This document shows, piece after piece, positions 19,467-28,470 of a stretch of 64,000 nt of DNA. This DNA comes from an uncultured Acidobacteriaceae bacterium. Its GTDB lineage: Bacteria > Acidobacteriota > Terriglobia > Terriglobales > Acidobacteriaceae. Position 1 is the first letter of the stretch. Every line of letters begins with the position of its first letter. The position numbers were made by a program, and so were the translations under genes. The stretch covers positions 20,803 through 84,802 of the forward strand of contig CAXUND010000002.1 in the NCBI GenBank assembly GCA_964252445.1. The letters run 5' to 3'. Below the pieces are notes generated by a model, which worked only from the letters and a program-made list of their open reading frames with translations, was not told the DNA's origin and did not search any database.

Positions 19467-20372
19467 ATGGAAGGCGCTGAAGAGAATGGCACATTCAGTA
19501 CACTGGCGGTCAGGGTGACCGATCCGAATCCAGCGCGGCGCTACCGCTTCGGGGCCTTTGAAGCCGATGCTTCCACGGGTGAACTCCGTCGACGGGGTAT
19601 CCGGATCAAGCTCAATGCGCAGCCGTTTCAGGTGCTCTCGATGCTGCTCGAACGCGCCGGCGAGGTGCTGACACGGGAGGAGATCTCCAAAGAACTGTGG
19701 CCTGAAGGCACATTTGTGGACTACGACCATGGCGTGAGCTCGGCTGTGAACCGCATCCGCGAAGCGCTAGGAGATTCGGCCAACAACCCACGATTTGTCG
19801 AGACACTCGCGCGTCGAGGCTATCGCTTCGTGGCGCCGGTGGAGCGGATCGTCGAAGACGGAGGTACGGCAGCGTCGGTGCTCCTCCAAGAACAGCCGTC
19901 GGAGCCTGATCAGGTCTCCCCGCCGGTCATCCTATCGCGTAGCCGCATCCTCGCTTCCGCCGAGGACCTGCCCAGCACTGCAAGCCACGTGGTGCGGAGG
20001 CTCTTCATCCTGTTTCAGCTGATGTATTTGGGTTTCTACGTCGGCGCGTTGGCGAATCTTGCAGAGATTGAAGACCTGCTTTCGGTGCTGCCACGAGCGG
20101 CCGCCGTGTACATGCTGCTGGTCGTCTCGGCTGCGATCCTGATCCCGGTGCGCGCCTTCGTGCTTTGCGCCGTGCTCTTCCACGCGCCCCGCGTCCGCGA
20201 GAAGCTCATGCGCATCTGGCCTTTGCTGCTTCCGCTTGATGAGCTGTGGTCGCTCGCGCCCTTCCTGCTGCTGCACCACATCGACTTCGGGCTGGCGCTG
20301 GCATGCACGGCACTGCTGGTCTACTCGCCGTTTGCGCAGCGATCGCTGATCCTGATGGGTGCTGGTACTTAA
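19467..20372 (+). CDS. membrane-anchored winged-helix (OmpR/PhoB-type, CadC-like) transcriptional regulator
   Basis: ATG at 19467. The trans_reg_C-like domain (RYRFGAFEADASTGELRRRGIRIKLNAQPFQVLSMLLERAGEVLTREEI..FVETLARRGYRF) is followed by about 4 TM segments. Confidence 0.7.
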   Translation: MEGAEENGTFSTLAVRVTDPNPARRYRFGAFEADASTGELRRRGIRIKLNAQPFQVLSMLLERAGEVLTREEISKELWPEGTFVDYDHGVSSAVNRIREALGDSANNPRFVETLARRGYRFVAPVERIVEDGGTAASVLLQEQPSEPDQVSPPVILSRSRILASAEDLPSTASHVVRRLFILFQLMYLGFYVGALANLAEIEDLLSVLPRAAAVYMLLVVSAAILIPVRAFVLCAVLFHAPRVREKLMRIWPLLLPLDELWSLAPFLLLHHIDFGLALACTALLVYSPFAQRSLILMGAGT

Positions 20373-21679
20373 CGGCTGTACTCGTCCCGCAGCTTGGTTT
20401 GCCGGGTCTCCATGGGAATGGCCTGGCCGGCGATGTAGACCTGCTTGACGCTGGTGCGCACGTCGAGCGGATCGCCATTGGCGATGACCACGTTCGCGGT
20501 CTTACCTACGTCGAGCGAGCCCAGCGTGTCGGCCAGGCCCCAAATTTCGGCGGGGTTGAGCGTGATGGCTTTCAGCGCCTCATCGTAGGGCATGCCGTAG
20601 GCTACGGCAAATCCCGCAGTGTAGGGCAGGTTGCGGTTGAACTCAACGCCGTAGGTGGCGAACGCAACCTTGACGCCGCGCTTCTGCAGCTCGGCCGGCA
20701 GCGTGTACACGGCGTCGTAGCGCTGGTCGGCAGTGGGGTTCTGGTAAATCGACCCGAAGACCACCGGGACCTTGTACGCGGCGATCTCATCGAGAATGTC
20801 GCCGGAGCGGGTAAGGCCTTCGAGCACCACCTTGAGGTGGAAGTCATTGGCGAAGCGCATCGCTGTTTCGACGTCGCGAGCCTCGGATACGTCGATGACT
20901 ACCGGCTTTTCACCGCGCAGGTAGGGCAGCAGTGCTTCGAGCTTGAGGTCGCGCTTCTTCGTCTCCGGAGGATCTTTCTTCCGGTCGGACTTCTCCCAGT
21001 CGGCCAGCTTGCGCGTGTAATCTTCCTGGCGGCGCTGGTAGTCCTGGGCATCGAGCAGGGCCTGGCGCAACTCGGAGATCATGCCCATGCGCGTCGAGGG
21101 GAACCTGGACGAACCCGCTTCGGGCCGCTGCCGGTTACCCCGTTTCTGCTCATCGCTGAAGTGCATGGCCAGCGCCAGGTCGCGCTTCAGGATCATCTCC
21201 TCACGCGTGCGCCCGGCAAGCTGGATGAAGATGTCTTCGCCGGCGAAGGTGTCCGCGGAGCCGGGTGCGACGATGGCGTTGGTGATGCCGTTGTAGCGGT
21301 CGACCGGGATGCGCGCCGACTCGGCATGGAAGGCGTCGGCCACATGCATGTGCGGCATGATCTCGTCCGAGGGCTCGGAGAGGTCGCGCGACATGGCGTC
21401 GGACTCGACCTCGACCAGGCCGAGGTTGGTTTCTGAGTCGATCAGGCCGGGGTAGACCGTCATGCCGCGCGCATCAACGACCTGCGCGCCGGAGGGCACC
21501 TTGACCGCGCCGGCCGAGCCGACCGCGGCGATCTTGCCGCCCGCGAGCACGATCGTTCCGTTCTCGATGGTGCCGTGGGTGATGGTGAGCAGCTTGCCGC
21601 CGGTGATGGCGATGGTCGGCGTTTGCGCCAGGGCCGCGGTGGCCGCCACAAGAAAGATACAGACACAGTTACGATTCAC
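20369..21679 (-). CDS. secreted amidohydrolase family protein
   Basis: 436 aa with a signal peptide and metal-dependent hydrolase-like N-terminal beta-sandwich and TIM-barrel motifs. Paralogous to the upstream gene. Confidence 0.78.
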   Translation of the reverse strand: MNRNCVCIFLVAATAALAQTPTIAITGGKLLTITHGTIENGTIVLAGGKIAAVGSAGAVKVPSGAQVVDARGMTVYPGLIDSETNLGLVEVESDAMSRDLSEPSDEIMPHMHVADAFHAESARIPVDRYNGITNAIVAPGSADTFAGEDIFIQLAGRTREEMILKRDLALAMHFSDEQKRGNRQRPEAGSSRFPSTRMGMISELRQALLDAQDYQRRQEDYTRKLADWEKSDRKKDPPETKKRDLKLEALLPYLRGEKPVVIDVSEARDVETAMRFANDFHLKVVLEGLTRSGDILDEIAAYKVPVVFGSIYQNPTADQRYDAVYTLPAELQKRGVKVAFATYGVEFNRNLPYTAGFAVAYGMPYDEALKAITLNPAEIWGLADTLGSLDVGKTANVVIANGDPLDVRTSVKQVYIAGQAIPMETRQTKLRDEYSR

Positions 21680-22989
21680 TGTCCACCGCCGTCGCCGTCA
21701 TCAGCGCCTTCAAATCCCGACCCGTGCATGACCCCGCTGAAGTGCGTGGTACCCCAGCCCGGCAGCGAGCTGTCAAAGAACAGGTCGCCGTCGATGTAGA
21801 CCTTCTCGGCGCGCGCGTAGGTCGACAGCGGATCCATGTTCCAGATGACCAGATCAGCGTCCTTGCCCACATCGATCGAGCCGGTCTTGTCCTCCACGCC
21901 GATGATCCACGCCGGGTTGATGGTGACCATGGCGATGGCCTCGTCCTCGGTCGCGCCGCCGTAGTGGACCATCTTGCCCGCCTCCTGGTTCAGCCGGCGT
22001 ACGTTGTCATTCGAGTCGCTCTTGAGTGCGACCCGCACGCCCTCGCGCATCGACATCACCGCGTTCCAGGGGATCGCGTCCCAGGCCTCGTCCTTGAAGC
22101 CCCACCAGTCGGCGAAGGTCGCGATGGCGGTGCCGGTGGGCGCGATCTGGCCGCCGACCTTGTACATCTCAAGCGCGTGGTGGAAGGCTCGAATCTTGTA
22201 ACCGTACTCGTGCGCAATCGCCTCCTCCGTGAGGAACTCGTCCGCACGGTAGCAGTGGATCTGCACCAGCAGCTTGCCCTTCAGCACGTCTGAGAGCGCT
22301 TCGAGCTTGAGGTCGCGCTTGGGCGGCATGGCGTCTTTGTCGCCGCGCGCCACCTTGGCGTTGTAGGCGTCCCATCCGGCCTGGTAGGCCTTTGCGTCCT
22401 CAAAGGCCTGGCGCATCACTTCAAAGTTGCCCATGCGCGTTGACGGCAGCTCGTTGCGTGAGCCGTAAACCCGCTTCGGGTTTTCGCCGCTCGCGAACTT
22501 GATCGACTGTGGCGCCCCGGGGAAGAGCATGGCATCGCGCGAGAGGCCGAACTTGTTCTTGATCACCACCGCCTGCCCGCCGATCATGTTCGCCGAACCG
22601 TGCAACAGCAGCTCGGTTGTAACGCCGCCGGCGAGCGCCTGGTAAAGCGCCTTATCGCGGTTGTCGAAGGCGTCGATCATCATCATGCTCGGAGTCACCG
22701 GGCTGGTGGCCTCGTTGATGTCGTCGCCGAGCGCGGAGTGCGAGTGCGGGTCAATGATGCCCGGCGTCAGGTACTTGCCCGATGCGTCGATAACGGTGGC
22801 GCCGGCGGGCGCATTCACCGTGAGGCCCACCCCGGCAATCTTGCCGTTGTGCACCCACACCGCGCCGTTCTTGATCGTCCCGTGGGTCGCGGTCATCACC
22901 ACGGCGTTGCGGATGACCAGGTCAGGGGCGCTCTGTGCCAGTGCTGGAAAGGTGAGCAGCAGGGTCGCGCAGGCGAGTGTACGCTTCAT
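21676..22989 (-). CDS. secreted amidohydrolase family protein
   Basis: ATG at 22989 preceded by GAGGAAG. It has a signal peptide and the IIDPHSHS metal-binding motif. A 4-nt overlap joins it to the downstream paralog. Confidence 0.8.
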   Translation of the reverse strand: MKRTLACATLLLTFPALAQSAPDLVIRNAVVMTATHGTIKNGAVWVHNGKIAGVGLTVNAPAGATVIDASGKYLTPGIIDPHSHSALGDDINEATSPVTPSMMMIDAFDNRDKALYQALAGGVTTELLLHGSANMIGGQAVVIKNKFGLSRDAMLFPGAPQSIKFASGENPKRVYGSRNELPSTRMGNFEVMRQAFEDAKAYQAGWDAYNAKVARGDKDAMPPKRDLKLEALSDVLKGKLLVQIHCYRADEFLTEEAIAHEYGYKIRAFHHALEMYKVGGQIAPTGTAIATFADWWGFKDEAWDAIPWNAVMSMREGVRVALKSDSNDNVRRLNQEAGKMVHYGGATEDEAIAMVTINPAWIIGVEDKTGSIDVGKDADLVIWNMDPLSTYARAEKVYIDGDLFFDSSLPGWGTTHFSGVMHGSGFEGADDGDGGGQ

Positions 22990-23026
22990 CCATCTTCCTC
23001 GCGGGACAAGAATCTTTTTGGGGATG

Positions 23027-23923
23027 CTAGCACGAACGCGCGCGCAGGATGGCATCGGCGATTGCGACCGCTTCCACTGCCGGCCGCACGCTATGCACGC
23101 GGACGATGCTCGCGCCGTTGAGTACGGCGGCGACGGTAGCGGCGATGGTGGCGACCTCCCGCCGGTCTACCTGAGCGTCGGCGCCGTCGCACAAAGGCGC
23201 GAGCGTGTGACCGAGGAACGACTTGCGCGATACGCCCGCCAGCAGCGGATGGCCAAGCGCGAGCAGGTTGTCCTGTGCGGCGAGCAGAGGGTAGTTCGCG
23301 TCGAAGGCTTTGCCAAAGCCGTAGCCGGGATCGAGCACGATGCGCTCGGGGGTGATACCCGCGGCGAGCGCTGAGGCGCGCCGTTCGGCAAGCTCACCGA
23401 AGACCAGCGGAGTGACGGCCTCGTCCCGAAGCGCGGGCAAGGTCTTCCACTCCGACGGGCGGCCGCGGGTGTGCATCAGCACCACACCGCAGGCGAGCTC
23501 GGCGCAGGTCGCGGCCATAGAGGGGTCCCAGAGAAGGCCGCTGACGTCGTTGACGATTTCGGCGCCGGCGTGGACCGCGGCGCGTGCGGTAGCGGCGCGA
23601 TAGGTATCGATCGAGAGGATGCTATCCGGCCGCTCGACGAGCACGGCTTCAAGCACCGGCAGAACGCGGTCCTGCTCCTGCTGGTGGGAGATTTCCCCAT
23701 GTGCGCCCGGCCGCGTCGACTCGCCCCCGAGATCAAGGATGGCTGCGCCCTGGTCCAGCATGCCGAGCGACTGCTCCACTGCGCGCTCGCGATCGAGCAC
23801 TCCGTCGCCGGAGAAGGAGTCCGGGGTGACGTTCACAATGCCCATCACCAAGGTGCGCTCGCCGACGGGCAGGGCGCGCGAGCGGAGCTGCCAGCGGGAG
23901 CGCGGGCGAGAGACGAAGGGCAT
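23027..23923 (-). CDS. folP: dihydropteroate synthase
   Basis: MGIVNVTPDSFSGDG and LDLGGESTRPGA motifs. The start is placed at ATG 23923, with ATG 23950 as an alternative. Confidence 0.9.
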   Translation of the reverse strand: MPFVSRPRSRWQLRSRALPVGERTLVMGIVNVTPDSFSGDGVLDRERAVEQSLGMLDQGAAILDLGGESTRPGAHGEISHQQEQDRVLPVLEAVLVERPDSILSIDTYRAATARAAVHAGAEIVNDVSGLLWDPSMAATCAELACGVVLMHTRGRPSEWKTLPALRDEAVTPLVFGELAERRASALAAGITPERIVLDPGYGFGKAFDANYPLLAAQDNLLALGHPLLAGVSRKSFLGHTLAPLCDGADAQVDRREVATIAATVAAVLNGASIVRVHSVRPAVEAVAIADAILRARSC

Positions 23924-23948
23924 GCGGGTCAATGCTACACTCCGGCCC

Positions 23949-25553
23949 ATGCTCTCGATCACGACGCGCGTTCGCCTGCTCCCTCCATTGATGCTGGCAC
24001 TCTCGATTGCTGCCGGAGCGCAGACTCCGCTGGCTTCGACCATCGATGCGCTCCTGTCGGCACCCGCGGTTTCGCGCGCGCACTGGGGCATCTCCGTCGT
24101 AGACGCGGCGACTGGAGCGGCGCTTTACTCGAAGAACGAGGCACAGCTGTTTGAGCCCGCCTCGAACGCGAAGTTGTTTACGACGGCCGCGGCGCTCGCG
24201 ATCCTGGGGCCGGACGCGACGCTCAAGACCACGGTCACCGCCGAAGGGGAAATTACCGCGGACGGCCACCTGCACGGAGTTCTCAGGCTGAACGGCGGCG
24301 GCGATCCGACAATGTCCGGCCGCGTTTATCCCTACTCCGGGAAGACCGAGCGGACTGCCGCGCCGCTCCAGGCGTTGGATGACCTGGCCGCCCAGGTCGC
24401 TGCGAGCGGCATCCACGCGGTCGACGGAGCTGTGATTGGTGACGACACGCTCTTTCCTTTCGAGCGTTACGGCTCGGGCTGGGCATGGGATGACCTGCAG
24501 TGGGACTACGGTGCGCCGGTCTCCGCACTCAGCGTGAACGACAATGTGCGCTTTTTGAGCATCACGCCCGGGTCGGCCGCCGGGGCGCCGGTCACGCTCG
24601 AATGGAATCCAGACATTGCCAAAGTCGTCGATGCAAATGGGAGCTTGAATGTGGGAGAAACGGGGAACTTGGGCGACACCGGTGCGGGCAGCCTGCTCAA
24701 CGCGGCCACCACCTCCGCCGTGGGTACGCCGCAACATCTCGGACTAAGCCGCGAAGTCGACAGCCCCGCCCTGCGCGTCTACGGCACAGTCCCTGCAGGA
24801 TCAAAGCCAGCCAATATCGCCATCAGCCTGCGCGACCCGGCGGAGTTTGCCGCGGCCGCGTTCCGCTCAGCCCTGCTCGCGCATGGGGTGGCTGTTTCCG
24901 GCCCCAGCCAGGCCGCGCATCGGGTGGCTGTTGATACGGCTGACTTCACCGCCGAAACTCATGAGCCGCTCAACCCGGGCCTCCGTGCACTCGCAATCGC
25001 CCTCGGGGGTCGTATTGTGGCCACGCACCAATCGCCTGCGCTAAAAGACATCGTCACGGTCACAAATAAGGTTTCGCAGAACCTCCACGCCGAGCTGCTG
25101 CTGCGTCTGCTGGGGCGGGCAGCGGGCGACGACGGCTCCACCGCGCAGGGTGTGCGCGTGGTGCGCAGCTTTCTGGTCGGCGCCGGCATCGATCCCGACG
25201 ACTTCACCTTTCGCGATGGCTCCGGTTTGTCGCCGGACGACCTGGTGACTCCGCGCGCCGTCACCACGCTGCTGGTTTACGCAAGCCGACAGCCCTGGGG
25301 CGGGATCTATCGGGCGTCGCTGCCGGTCGGCGGTGTGGACGGATCGTTATCTGGGCGTTTTGTCGCGCCCGCGCTCAAGGGCAGGCTCCAGGCCAAGACC
25401 GGCACCCTGGGCGAGGTGAATGCCTTGAGCGGTTACCTGGCTGCCGAGAGCGGCCGCCAGCTGGTCTTCTCTGTGATCGCGAACGATCGCGTCGGCGACG
25501 AAGCACGGGTGGCGCTGGATAAGGTGGTCACAGCCATTGCGGCAGCGTACTAA
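23949..25553 (+). CDS. dacB: D-alanyl-D-alanine carboxypeptidase/endopeptidase (PBP4, S13 family)
   Basis: ATG at 23949 gives a signal peptide. The protein has the SNAK active-site motif (PASNAKLFT) and a PBP4-like length of 534 aa. Confidence 0.85.
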   Translation: MLSITTRVRLLPPLMLALSIAAGAQTPLASTIDALLSAPAVSRAHWGISVVDAATGAALYSKNEAQLFEPASNAKLFTTAAALAILGPDATLKTTVTAEGEITADGHLHGVLRLNGGGDPTMSGRVYPYSGKTERTAAPLQALDDLAAQVAASGIHAVDGAVIGDDTLFPFERYGSGWAWDDLQWDYGAPVSALSVNDNVRFLSITPGSAAGAPVTLEWNPDIAKVVDANGSLNVGETGNLGDTGAGSLLNAATTSAVGTPQHLGLSREVDSPALRVYGTVPAGSKPANIAISLRDPAEFAAAAFRSALLAHGVAVSGPSQAAHRVAVDTADFTAETHEPLNPGLRALAIALGGRIVATHQSPALKDIVTVTNKVSQNLHAELLLRLLGRAAGDDGSTAQGVRVVRSFLVGAGIDPDDFTFRDGSGLSPDDLVTPRAVTTLLVYASRQPWGGIYRASLPVGGVDGSLSGRFVAPALKGRLQAKTGTLGEVNALSGYLAAESGRQLVFSVIANDRVGDEARVALDKVVTAIAAAY

Positions 25554-25588
25554 AATGCCGCTTCGACGGGCTGAAAGCGCCACTCGCT

Positions 25589-25954
25589 ATGATGAGAGCA
25601 GCCGTGACGCGCGCATTTCGATCCTTGACTATCGCTCCCATACTGCTCTTTGCGGGCTGCAAGTCCATGCCACCATCGAAGCCGCTCAACGCGCTCACCC
25701 CAACCGAGCAGGAGGGCCGCGAGGTCTACGTCAACTACTGCGGCGGCTGCCACTATCCCAATTCCTCTGCACCGCTTCACGGTCCGGGGCTTTTCGCGGT
25801 GTTGCGCAACCAGTATCTGCCGAGCGGCGCGCCGGCCAATGACGATCGAGTGACCGAGGTGATCCTCCAGGGCCGCAACATGATGCCGCGCTTCGCATCC
25901 ACCCTCGACGAGCAGCAGCTGCAGAGCCTCTTGGCCTACCTGCACACCTTATGA
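25589..25954 (+). CDS. c-type cytochrome lipoprotein
   Basis: 121 aa with a lipobox LLFAGC and a single CxxCH heme motif (CGGCH). Confidence 0.75.
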   Translation: MMRAAVTRAFRSLTIAPILLFAGCKSMPPSKPLNALTPTEQEGREVYVNYCGGCHYPNSSAPLHGPGLFAVLRNQYLPSGAPANDDRVTEVILQGRNMMPRFASTLDEQQLQSLLAYLHTL

Positions 25955-26298
25955 GCGCGCCGGCAGAAACAACCGGCACAGGACTACTCCCCGGCATCGC
26001 CGTCATCGCCCTGTGGATGCTCCTGCTCTGCGGCATCGGCCTCTTCGGCGTCATCACCCATAACTATCCGCCAGTGGTGATTGTCTTTTGCGCATTGTTC
26101 GCTGCCTCCGCGCAGGGACTGCTCAAGCTGCGTCGCTGGGGCTGGGCCCTGGCGCTGGCCGCGGCCTTCCTGTCGACCAGCTATGGCGTCTGGGTGCTGG
26201 TCCGCTTCCAGCAGAGCCCGGCCATCATCCTGGTCATGGTCAACCTGGTCTTCTTCCTCTACCTGGTCCGCCCGGCGGTGATCGAGCGGATGAAGTAG
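25951..26298 (+). CDS. small integral membrane protein, unknown function
   Basis: 115 aa with 3-4 TM helices and a 4-nt overlap with the cytochrome c gene. Confidence 0.5.
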   Translation: MSAPAETTGTGLLPGIAVIALWMLLLCGIGLFGVITHNYPPVVIVFCALFAASAQGLLKLRRWGWALALAAAFLSTSYGVWVLVRFQQSPAIILVMVNLVFFLYLVRPAVIERMK

Positions 26299-26352
26299 AC
26301 CCCTGCGCGGAAGGCGGCCACTTCGTGGCGTGTAGACTGCGCCTGCGGCGCC

Positions 26353-26395
26353 CAACAGCGTTCATCCCCAGAAGTATCGGGGATGAATGCTGTTG
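26353..26395 (+). other. 17-bp stem hairpin (one G-U pair on the plus-strand RNA)
   Basis: CAACAGCGTTCATCCCC (26353-26369), loop AGAAGTATC, then GGGGATGAATGCTGTTG (26379-26395). There is no U tract after it. It lies between the membrane protein gene and lipA. Confidence 0.6.
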
Positions 26396-26469
26396 CCCGG
26401 AGGGCGTTCCACCCCCACCGAAGGTGGCGCCTCCCGCGTAGGGGGTCTTGCCTTCGCTAGAATGGACAG

Positions 26470-27372
26470 ATGGAGCTGATCCAGATAGAGCTTGTGCCGC
26501 GGGGGCCGGCGGCCAAGCCCGAGTGGTTGAAGGCGCGGGCGCCTTCGGGCGAGAACTACCACGACCTGAAGAAGCTGGCGCGCTCGCTCAACCTGCACAC
26601 CGTATGCGAGAGCGCGCACTGCCCCAACATCGGGGAGTGCTGGTCGCATCGCACGGCGACCTTCATGATGCTGGGCAACCTGTGCACGCGGCGGTGCGGA
26701 TTTTGCGCGGTGCCCAAGGGGCGTCCTGAGCCTATCGATCTCGACGAACCGCGGCGGGTCGCCGAGGCGGTGGCGCAGCTCGGACTCAAGTTTGCGGTCA
26801 TTACCAGCGTGAACCGCGATGACGATATCCTGCGCGGCGCGCAGATGTTTGCGGAGGTGATTCGCGAGATACGCGAGCAGGCGCCGGGCTGCCAGGTCGA
26901 GGTGCTGATCCCCGACTTTCAGGGCCGCGAGGAGGCGATCAAGATCGTCACCGACGCGCGGCCGGAGATCCTGAACCACAACACCGAGTCTGTGCCGCGG
27001 CTGTACAAGGCGGTACGTTCGGGCGCGCGCTACGAGCGCACCCTGCGGCTGCTTGAGTACGCCAGGGCGCAGCAGCCGGCCATGGTGACCAAGTCCGGCG
27101 TGATGGTGGGTCTGGGTGAGGAGATGCAGGAGTTGCTGGAGGTCTACCGCGACCTGGCTTCGGTCGGCGTCAACGTGCTGACCATTGGGCAGTACCTGCG
27201 GCCGTCAAAGGACCACCTGCCGATGACGCGCTTCTACACGCCGGAGGAGTTCGCCTACATGAAGGACGAGGCGCTTAGGATGGGCTTCCGGCACGTGGAG
27301 TCGGGGCCGCTGGTACGCTCGAGCTACCACGCGCATGAGCAGGCCGGCTCCGCGCAAGCGGCTCTCGTTTAA
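26470..27372 (+). CDS. lipA: lipoyl synthase
   Basis: 300 aa with CESAHCPNIGEC and the radical-SAM motif CTRRCGFC. Confidence 0.95.
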   Translation: MELIQIELVPRGPAAKPEWLKARAPSGENYHDLKKLARSLNLHTVCESAHCPNIGECWSHRTATFMMLGNLCTRRCGFCAVPKGRPEPIDLDEPRRVAEAVAQLGLKFAVITSVNRDDDILRGAQMFAEVIREIREQAPGCQVEVLIPDFQGREEAIKIVTDARPEILNHNTESVPRLYKAVRSGARYERTLRLLEYARAQQPAMVTKSGVMVGLGEEMQELLEVYRDLASVGVNVLTIGQYLRPSKDHLPMTRFYTPEEFAYMKDEALRMGFRHVESGPLVRSSYHAHEQAGSAQAALV

Positions 27373-27403
27373 CTCATCCACTGCGGTACGGTACGCGTCT
27401 AAT

Positions 27404-28090
27404 ATGCAGAGGTTCCACATGATCGCTACCGCACGCCGCGTCCTGCTTGCCCTGCTCTTCTCCACGCCTGCGCTGACCGCCTGCGCCGCCCCCGTGGTCC
27501 CTGCAGCCAAGATCGACGCAGCACTGGCCACCAGTCCGGCGAAGCAGACAGCGGTCTTCGCCGGGGGGTGTTTCTGGGGCACTCAGTCCGTGTTTGAGCG
27601 CGTCAAAGGTGTCCTCAAGACCACCGCAGGCTACTCCGGCGGATCCGCTTCAACCGCTACCTACGACCAGGTGACGACTGAAACTACCGGCCACGCTGAA
27701 TCGGTCGAGGTCGTCTATGATCCGGCAAAGATCACCTACGGACAGCTGCTGCGCGTTTTCTTCTCGGTCGCGCACGATCCCACCGAGCTCAACCGGCAGG
27801 GCCCGGATGTAGGCACGTCCTACCGCTCGGCCATCTTCTTCACCAGTGACGAGCAGAAGCGCATCGCGGGCGCGTACATCCAGCAGCTGGATGCGGCGCA
27901 TGTTTTCCCGCGGCCGATCGTGACCCAGGTGGTGCCGCTGAAGGGCTTTTATCGCGCGGAGGACTACCACCAGGACTACGCGCTGAATAATCCTGACAAT
28001 CCGTACATCCAGGTCTGCGATGTGCCCAAGATCGCCGCCCTGAAGCAGCAGTTCCCCGAGCTGTTCGTAGATTACAAGGGCAGGCGCTGA
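27404..28090 (+). CDS. msrA: peptide-methionine (S)-S-oxide reductase, secreted form
   Basis: GGCFWG active-site motif and an N-terminal signal-like segment. Start at ATG 27404, with 27419 as an alternative. Confidence 0.92.
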   Translation: MQRFHMIATARRVLLALLFSTPALTACAAPVVPAAKIDAALATSPAKQTAVFAGGCFWGTQSVFERVKGVLKTTAGYSGGSASTATYDQVTTETTGHAESVEVVYDPAKITYGQLLRVFFSVAHDPTELNRQGPDVGTSYRSAIFFTSDEQKRIAGAYIQQLDAAHVFPRPIVTQVVPLKGFYRAEDYHQDYALNNPDNPYIQVCDVPKIAALKQQFPELFVDYKGRR

Positions 28091-28091
28091 G

Positions 28092-28434
28092 CATGGCGAC
28101 TTTTGCCTGGAACAAGTGGCGCAGCTGCTGCAAGGAGCGCTTCGGGCGGGCGTGGACACGGCCGCCCGCTACGGCGGCGAGGAGTTTGTCGCCATCCTGC
28201 CCGATGTGAGAGGAGGTCCTGGCGATCGGCGAGCGCGTGCGTGCGTCGATCGAGGCGGCTGGCCTGACTTCTGCAAACGGTGGCGCCATGACAGTCAGCG
28301 CCGGTGCGGTTGCCATCCGCGGCGGCAAAACGCGGCTGGCACTGGAAAAGTTTATGGCGGCTGCGGACGAGGCCTTGTACCAGGCGAAGCGCTCCGGCCG
28401 TAACCGCGTCATCCGTTCCGCTGTTTGCGTATGA
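28092..28434 (+). pseudogene. GGDEF (diguanylate cyclase) domain remnant, 5'-truncated and frameshifted
   Basis: Frame 1 reads HGDFCLEQVAQLLQGALRAGVDTAARYGGEEFVAILPDV and begins 2 nt after the msrA stop. Frame 2 continues EEVLAIGERVRASIEAAGL..ADEALYQAKRSGRNRV. The frames join if 1 nt near 28206-28210 is removed. The N-terminal third of the domain and any sensor region are absent. Confidence 0.7.
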
Positions 28435-28470
28435 TGACCCTGCACAAATTCAGTGAGCAGGAGCACCCCA

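Noticed and set aside
20246-21436. 396-aa plus-strand ORF
   Set aside because: It is antisense to the amidohydrolase gene and no domain is recognisable. The same reasoning applies to 53083..54138 (antisense to glmS), 57030..58226 (antisense to rel), 39547..40560 (antisense to GH31), 23733..24737 (antisense to dacB), 28450..29283 (antisense to GT4), 52165..53019 and 2563..3726.
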